This document shows, piece after piece, positions 58,669 through 64,000 of a DNA stretch of 64,000 bases. The stretch is from Candidatus Woesearchaeota archaeon (GTDB lineage: Archaea > Nanobdellota > Nanobdellia > Pacearchaeales > GW2011-AR1), in contig CAYFFD010000001.1 of assembly GCA_964342415.1 (NCBI GenBank), positions 4,658 to 68,657 on the forward strand, written 5' to 3'. The position numbers and the translations under genes were made by a program. Within the stretch, counting starts at the first letter, position 1, and each line of letters opens with the position of its first letter. The notes beneath the pieces are model-generated. The model had not been told where the DNA came from. It saw only the letters and a program-made list of their open reading frames with translations, and did not search any database.

Positions 58669-59326
58669 AAGAAAAATAGTAATTCCAGGAGAAGTTATTG
58701 TTAGTGGAGATAAATACCTTCCTGGAGAAGGAACAGAAAAAAATGGCAATGATATTGTTGCAATAAAATATGGTCTTTCTGATGAAGAAAACAAGCTTGT
58801 AAAAGTGATTTCATTGTCAGGAGTTTATCATCCACGAAGAGGAAATGTCATTATAGGAAAAGTGGAAAATATTACATTCAACGGATGGATCATAGATATT
58901 ACCGCCCCTGATAACGCATTTTTATCATTAACAGAAGTTCCTAGGTATGTAAACAAAGATGGATTGGAAGAAGTTATGGAAATCGGAGACATGGTTGTTG
59001 CAAAAATATGGAACATTAACAAAAGAGGAATAGATTTAAGCATCAAAGGAAAAGAATTTGGAAGGATAGATGAAGGAATAATCATGGAAATAAATCCAAA
59101 CAAAGTTCCAAGAGTAATTGGAAAAGAAGGAAGCATGGTAAACTTAATAAAAAACGAAACAGGGTGTAACATCACTATCGGGCAAAACGGATTAATCTCA
59201 ATATCTGGAAGTAAAATAGAAGATGAATTGTTGGCTAAAAAAGCAGTGCTTTTTGTTACTGAAAAATCTTTTATTGAAGGTCTTACAGATGAAGTAAAAA
59301 AATGGTTTGTAAAGGAGAAAAAATAA
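58661..59326 (+). CDS. rrp4: exosome RNA-binding subunit Rrp4 (S1 plus KH)
   Basis: It has an N-terminal domain, an S1 and a KH (GKEGSMVNLIKNETG). Confidence 0.8.
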   Translation: MSERKIVIPGEVIVSGDKYLPGEGTEKNGNDIVAIKYGLSDEENKLVKVISLSGVYHPRRGNVIIGKVENITFNGWIIDITAPDNAFLSLTEVPRYVNKDGLEEVMEIGDMVVAKIWNINKRGIDLSIKGKEFGRIDEGIIMEINPNKVPRVIGKEGSMVNLIKNETGCNITIGQNGLISISGSKIEDELLAKKAVLFVTEKSFIEGLTDEVKKWFVKEKK

Positions 59327-59327
59327 A

Positions 59328-59543
59328 ATGTTTTGGTTAGATAATATTTTAGGCATTAGTGCAATTAAGGTAAAAACAAGAAAAGTTAATGGAGAATCTG
59401 TTTATGAGGTTAAAAAAACAAGAAAATATAGAGGGGGTGAAGAAGATATCGAAGGCTACAAAAAAGTAGCAAATAGTACTTTAGATCATCTCCCACTAGA
59501 CTTACAAGAAATAGGTGTTATTGTAGGAGGGAGATCATGGTAA
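59328..59543 (+). CDS. hypothetical small protein inserted in exosome operon
   Basis: It is 71 aa with no motif. Confidence 0.25.
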   Translation: MFWLDNILGISAIKVKTRKVNGESVYEVKKTRKYRGGEEDIEGYKKVANSTLDHLPLDLQEIGVIVGGRSW

Positions 59544-59719
59544 ATGTATATGATGGAAGATCAGAAGACGAAGGTAGAGGTGATAGAAACAGATCTAGAA
59601 TAGGTTTTTATGGAGATGATAATGTTGATTTTTATGGCGCATTAGAAAGAATAAGTGTTGTAATTAAAGAATCTAATGCTGAAATAATAGCTCGAGAAAA
59701 ATTAGAGGGTCGTGAATAA
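59537..59719 (+). CDS. hypothetical small protein inserted in exosome operon
   Basis: It is 60 aa and R/D/E-rich. It overlaps the previous ORF by 7 nt. Confidence 0.25.
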   Translation: MVNVYDGRSEDEGRGDRNRSRIGFYGDDNVDFYGALERISVVIKESNAEIIAREKLEGRE

Positions 59720-59721
59720 AA

Positions 59722-60420
59722 ATGACAAAAGAATTTAAGAGAGAAGATGGAAGAAAGTTTGACGAAGTTAGAGAGATGAGTGCAAAAGTCGGAGTTGTAC
59801 CAAATGCAGATGGAAGTGCAATGTTTTCTTTTGGAGACACAATTGCAATTGCAGCAGTTTACGGTCCGAAAAAAATGCATCCACAGCACTTGCAAGATTC
59901 TAAAAAAGGAACTTTAAGATACAGTTACAACATGCTTAGCTTTTCTGTAACAGACAGAATTCGTCCAGGGCCAAGCAGAAGAAGCATGGAAATCAGCAAA
60001 GTATCTGAATGGGCCATAGATCCCGTTGTTATGATTGACAATTATCCAAAAACCGTTGTTGATGTTCATGTAAGTATTCTTCAAGCAAATGCTTCAACAA
60101 GGTGCGCCGGAATAAATGCAGCCGCGCTCGCGCTTGCACATGCAGGAATTCCAATGAAGAATCTAGTTTCAAGTGTTTCGATTGGAAAACTGGACAAAGA
60201 ATTAGTTGTTGATGTTTCAAAAGAAGAAGAAGATTATGAAGAAGGTGAAGGTGCAACAGATATTCCAATAACATTTACAGGAGATGGAAAACTAACTCAT
60301 ATTCAACTGGATGGAAAAATTGGAACAAGTCAATTAAAAGAAGCTATCAAACTTGCGAAAAAATCTTGCGAGGAAATTTATGAAGTGCAAAAAAAAGCAT
60401 TAAAAGAATCTATAAAATAA
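59722..60420 (+). CDS. rrp41: exosome RNase PH subunit Rrp41
   Basis: It has REDGRKFDEVR and NADGSA RNase PH motifs. Confidence 0.85.
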   Translation: MTKEFKREDGRKFDEVREMSAKVGVVPNADGSAMFSFGDTIAIAAVYGPKKMHPQHLQDSKKGTLRYSYNMLSFSVTDRIRPGPSRRSMEISKVSEWAIDPVVMIDNYPKTVVDVHVSILQANASTRCAGINAAALALAHAGIPMKNLVSSVSIGKLDKELVVDVSKEEEDYEEGEGATDIPITFTGDGKLTHIQLDGKIGTSQLKEAIKLAKKSCEEIYEVQKKALKESIK

Positions 60421-60421
60421 A

Positions 60422-61219
60422 ATGAAAACATCAATAATAACAGGAAATAGAATTAAGGAATATTTGTCATTGGGAAAAAGATTTGACAATAGAAAACTTG
60501 ATGAATTTAGAGAAATAACAATTGAAACAGGAGTTTCAAAAAATGCTGAAGGTTCTGCAAGAGTGAAACTAGGCAAAACAGAAGTTTTGGTTGGTGTTAA
60601 AATGGGTGTTTCAGAGCCTTACCCAGATTCTCCGGACAAAGGAAACTTAATGGTAACTTCTGAATTACTTCCTTTAAGTTCTAGCAGATTTGAATCAGGT
60701 CCGCCAAAAATAGAATCAGTTGAACTTGCAAGAGTTCTTGACAGAGCTGTAAGAGAAAGCAAATTTATTGATCTTGAAAAACTTTGCATAAAAAAAGGAG
60801 AAAAAGTTTGGACTGTTTTCATAGATATTTATTCAATAAACGCCGATGGAAATTTGTTGGATGCTGCAGGAATAGGTGTAATTGCCGCATTAAAAAACTC
60901 AAAAATTCCAAAATACGATGAAAAAAATGAAAAAGTTCTTCATGGAGAATTATCAAACAGCAAATTGCCGTTGAAAAAAGAAGTTCCTCTTTCAATAACA
61001 GTCTACAAGGTAGGGAAAAATTTAATTATAGATCCGACACTTGAAGAAGAAGATGTTAGCAACACAAGAGTCACAATCGGAAGCCATAATGGGGTAATTT
61101 CTTCGATGCAAAAAGGAAAACCAGAGGCATTGAGTGAAGAAGAAATGTATAAGGTCTTAGACATTATTGAAAAAGTTTGGAAAAAATTATTTTCAAACAT
61201 AGAGAAATATTTAAAATAA
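60422..61219 (+). CDS. rrp42: exosome subunit Rrp42
   Basis: It has RNase PH-like domain 2 and is adjacent to Rrp41. Confidence 0.8.
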   Translation: MKTSIITGNRIKEYLSLGKRFDNRKLDEFREITIETGVSKNAEGSARVKLGKTEVLVGVKMGVSEPYPDSPDKGNLMVTSELLPLSSSRFESGPPKIESVELARVLDRAVRESKFIDLEKLCIKKGEKVWTVFIDIYSINADGNLLDAAGIGVIAALKNSKIPKYDEKNEKVLHGELSNSKLPLKKEVPLSITVYKVGKNLIIDPTLEEEDVSNTRVTIGSHNGVISSMQKGKPEALSEEEMYKVLDIIEKVWKKLFSNIEKYLK

Positions 61220-61220
61220 A

Positions 61221-61592
61221 ATGCTTGAATTAAATTTTACTAAATATGAGAAAGCAAGAATTCTTGGAGCAAGGGCTTTACAAATAACAATGAACGCTCC
61301 TCTTTTGGTTAATCTAAGTGAAGAAGATTTAGAAAAAATAAATTATGACGCGTTAAAAATTGCTGAAATTGAATTAGAGTCCAAAATCCTTCCAATATCT
61401 GTTAAAAGACCATTACCTCAAAAAAAAGAAGAAGAACTAAAGAGGGTAAAAGAAGCAAAAATTTCTGATCAGCAAGTTGAAGAAAAAGAAATTAAAGAGG
61501 AAGAAGAGATTGCAAAAGAAGGGGAAATCATGGAACTTGCAAATCCTGAAGATGAAGCTGAAGAACCTACTGAACAAAAAGCAGAAGAGTGA
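61221..61592 (+). CDS. rpoK: RNA polymerase subunit Rpo6 (RpoK)
   Basis: It has TKYEKARILGARALQITMNAPLLV, with an acidic C-terminal tail. Confidence 0.75.
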   Translation: MLELNFTKYEKARILGARALQITMNAPLLVNLSEEDLEKINYDALKIAEIELESKILPISVKRPLPQKKEEELKRVKEAKISDQQVEEKEIKEEEEIAKEGEIMELANPEDEAEEPTEQKAEE

Positions 61593-61627
61593 AGAAAATT
61601 TATAAATCAAATTTCTTTCTTTAATAG

Positions 61628-62797
61628 ATGGTTGTAATAAAAAGTGTTTCTGCCAATGCTATTTCTGATTCTCGAAAAGAAAAAACAATTCTTATTTCAA
61701 TAAAAACAAATGTTGGAAATTTTTCTGCAAGTTCCCCTAACGGAAAATCAACAGGAAAATATGCTGCGAAAATTTACAAAAAAAACCTTGAAGAAGATAT
61801 TAAGACAATAAAAAAGTTCAGTGAATATTTTTCCGAAGAAGTAATAGAAAGTTTTGATGATTTAAGAAGAATTGAAGATATTGTAAATGATTTTATAGGC
61901 GCAAATACTTTATTTGCGTTTGAATCAGCTGTCTTAAAAGCAATTGCAAAAGAACAAAATAAACAAGTGTGGGAATTGGTAAATAATAAAATTAAAGCTC
62001 CAAAATTTCCACGACTTTTAGGGAATTGTATTGGAGGAGGAAAACATTCAAAAATGTCTTCTGAAAAAAAACCAGACTTTCAAGAATTTTTACTAATCCC
62101 AAAAGCAAAATCTGTCAAAGAATCTTTTGAGATAAATAAAAAAACAAAAAATGAAGTTCAAAAAATTCTAGAGAAAAATGATAAAAATTTCAAAAATAAA
62201 AAAAACGACGAAGATGCATTGATAACTTCATTAAATGAAAAAGAGGTTTTAGAAATTCTTAAAAAAGTGAATATTTCAATAGGAGTTGATATTGCAGCCT
62301 CAACATTTTACAAAAGAAAAAAATATCATTATGAGAACCCTATGCTTAAAAGAGATATTGAAGAACAGTTAACATACATTGGCAACCTTATAAAAAATTT
62401 TGATTTGTCCTATATTGAAGATCCTTTTGATGAAAATGATTTTGAAAGTTTTTCAAAACTCTTAAAAAAATTCTCAAGCAAGCTCATTGTTGGTGATGAC
62501 CTTACTGTAACAAATCATGAAAGACTGAAAAAAGCAATTGAAAAGAAAAGCATTAATGGGATTATTGTAAAACCAAATCAAATTGGTTCTTTACTTGAAG
62601 TGAAAAATGTCTGCGACTTGGCCAGAAAAAATAATATCAAAATAATTTTTTCTCATAGAAGCAGGGAAACTGAGGAAAGTATCTTAGCAGATCTAGCTTT
62701 CGGCTTTCAAGCAGATTTTTTTAAATCAGGAATTACTGGAAAAGAAAGAGAAGTTAAGATAAAAAGGTTAATCGAAATTGAAAAGAGTTTCAAATAA
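61628..62797 (+). CDS. eno: enolase, divergent
   Basis: It has ISDSRKE, QEFLLIP, YIEDPFDEND, VGDDLTVTN, VKPNQIGS and SHRSRETEES. The GDEGG loop is not conserved. Confidence 0.75.
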   Translation: MVVIKSVSANAISDSRKEKTILISIKTNVGNFSASSPNGKSTGKYAAKIYKKNLEEDIKTIKKFSEYFSEEVIESFDDLRRIEDIVNDFIGANTLFAFESAVLKAIAKEQNKQVWELVNNKIKAPKFPRLLGNCIGGGKHSKMSSEKKPDFQEFLLIPKAKSVKESFEINKKTKNEVQKILEKNDKNFKNKKNDEDALITSLNEKEVLEILKKVNISIGVDIAASTFYKRKKYHYENPMLKRDIEEQLTYIGNLIKNFDLSYIEDPFDENDFESFSKLLKKFSSKLIVGDDLTVTNHERLKKAIEKKSINGIIVKPNQIGSLLEVKNVCDLARKNNIKIIFSHRSRETEESILADLAFGFQADFFKSGITGKEREVKIKRLIEIEKSFK

Positions 62798-62841
62798 ATT
62801 TTAACAGAAACTCTTAAAAATGTATTTCTCCCTGAATTCGT

Positions 62842-63651
62842 ATGAAAGCTATTGAGAAAACTGAAAAAGCAAAAACAGAAAAGCAGGATTCTGCTGATTT
62901 GGAAAAAGCTGCAGAAGAAGAATCTTTAGAAACAGAAAAAAAGCCAAAAAAAGAAAAGTCCATCGCTGAAAAGAAAAAGGAACTTTTGGAAAAGGCGAAA
63001 AAACTTTCTAAGAAAATTTCCGAGGTAAAAACAGAAGATCTAAAGGAAAAAGTAAAGATTAAAAGAAAGACCGACATGCTTATTCTTCTTGAAGATTACG
63101 TTAAATCAGGAATTTACATAGGGACAAAAGTTGTTACGCCGAGCATGAAGCCTTTTGTTTATAGAAGGCGTGCAGACGGCTTAGCGATTTTTAACACTCT
63201 TTTAATTGATGAAAAATTAAAAGAAGGAATTGAATATCTATCAAAATTTAATCCAGAAGATGTTATTTTAGTTTGCAAAAGACAAGTTGGGTGGAAAGTT
63301 GCAGAAAAATTTTCAGAGCTGACAGGGATAAGAGTTTTCACAAAAAAATATCCTGCAGGAATTTTAACAAATACAACTCTTCCTGATTTTTTTGAAAGTG
63401 AATTAACAATAGTAACTGATTCATGGTTAGACAAAAACGCGCTTAATGACACTCTAAAAGTTGGGAAAAAAGTTTTAATGATTTGTGACACAAACAATTT
63501 TCCAAAAGGAGCTGACAAAGTCATAATTGGAAACAATAAAAATGCAAGAAGCTTAGGAGTGATATTTTATCTATTGACAAGAGGATACTGCAAGGTAAAA
63601 AAAATAGATGCAAAAATCCCTGACTTAGAATGGTGGACAGGCGAAGAATAA
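62842..63651 (+). CDS. rps2: ribosomal protein S2 (uS2) with K/E-rich N-terminal extension
   Basis: The S2 core starts at LLEDYVKSGIYIGTK...YRRRADGLAIFN. An alternative start is the ATG at 63076. Confidence 0.8.
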   Translation: MKAIEKTEKAKTEKQDSADLEKAAEEESLETEKKPKKEKSIAEKKKELLEKAKKLSKKISEVKTEDLKEKVKIKRKTDMLILLEDYVKSGIYIGTKVVTPSMKPFVYRRRADGLAIFNTLLIDEKLKEGIEYLSKFNPEDVILVCKRQVGWKVAEKFSELTGIRVFTKKYPAGILTNTTLPDFFESELTIVTDSWLDKNALNDTLKVGKKVLMICDTNNFPKGADKVIIGNNKNARSLGVIFYLLTRGYCKVKKIDAKIPDLEWWTGEE

Positions 63652-63681
63652 ATTTTTATATTCTATTTCTAAAGTAATGTA

Positions 63682-64000
63682 ATGGACCTAACAATAATTC
63701 TCTTAGCTGTTGTTTTTTTATTTGGATTAATAATTGCATATCTTGCAGGACAGAAAATTGGAACAATTAGAAGAGACAAGCATTGGGAAACCGAGATTCC
63801 AAGCCATAGAAAAGAAGCGGTTTTGAAATCGCGTGCTGTCTTAAGTGGAATGTTCTCTGAGCAACTTGCACCTTACTTGCCTGATTTTAATTTTAAGCCA
63901 ACAGAGGTAAGATTTTTAGGAAAGCCAGTTGATTTTATTGTGTTCAAAGGAATTGATGGTAAAGAAATAAATGAAATTGTTTTTGTAGAGGTGAAAAGTG
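63682..64000 (+). CDS. membrane-anchored protein with PD-(D/E)xK nuclease-like C-terminal motif (partial, runs off window)
   Basis: It has an N-terminal TM. VDFIVF...EIVFVEVKS resembles the restriction-endonuclease-fold core. Confidence 0.3.
   Translation, partial: MDLTIILLAVVFLFGLIIAYLAGQKIGTIRRDKHWETEIPSHRKEAVLKSRAVLSGMFSEQLAPYLPDFNFKPTEVRFLGKPVDFIVFKGIDGKEINEIVFVEVKS

Noticed and set aside
1-64000. rRNA genes and IS elements
   Set aside because: There is no segment with rRNA-like conserved blocks. I saw no transposase-like ORFs or terminal inverted repeats.

Overview
This is a low-GC (~30%) archaeal window. It has small genes, many anchored surface proteins and a tRNA intron, which suggests a DPANN-type archaeon, but that assignment is an inference.

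Housekeeping genes I can support:
- Replication and repair: MCM helicase with a translationally coupled OB-fold plus winged-helix protein, and Mre11 and Rad50.
- Translation: EF-2 and EF-1alpha, RtcB tRNA ligase, a CCA-adding enzyme, and ribosomal protein S2.
- Proteostasis and RNA turnover: a thermosome subunit, proteasome alpha and beta subunits, aCPSF1 and a second beta-CASP ribonuclease.
- A complete exosome/proteasome 'superoperon' at 56.8-61.6 kb (Pop5, PsmA, SBDS, Rrp4, Rrp41, Rrp42, RpoK), followed by the conserved RpoK-enolase-S2 block.

RNA genes: tRNA-Gly(GCC), tRNA-Leu(TAA), an intron-containing tRNA-Tyr(GTA), and a GC-rich structured RNA that looks like SRP (7S) RNA.

The main accessory content is a ~9.3 kb type IV pilus (Tad/Aap-like) locus at 27.4-36.7 kb. 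It carries seven class-III-signal pilin-like genes, two of them with C-terminal cysteine-rich repeat domains. It also has a FlaI/PilB/TadA-type ATPase and a platform protein that is split into two genes. Four large glycosylation-rich proteins with C-terminal membrane anchors flank the locus, including one of 1585 aa and one with a PKD domain.

Other points:
- A small GTPase sits in a tight module with three small proteins.
- Two small ORFs interrupt rrp4-rrp41.
- The enolase is divergent.
- The ORF downstream of tuf is an acidic 17-aa tandem repeat.
- The leading lipobox pair (3..1170) and the small ORF at 28258..28539 have local GC above the window average, which could mean horizontal acquisition; neither has been measured.

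I found no rRNA, CRISPR array or obvious IS element.
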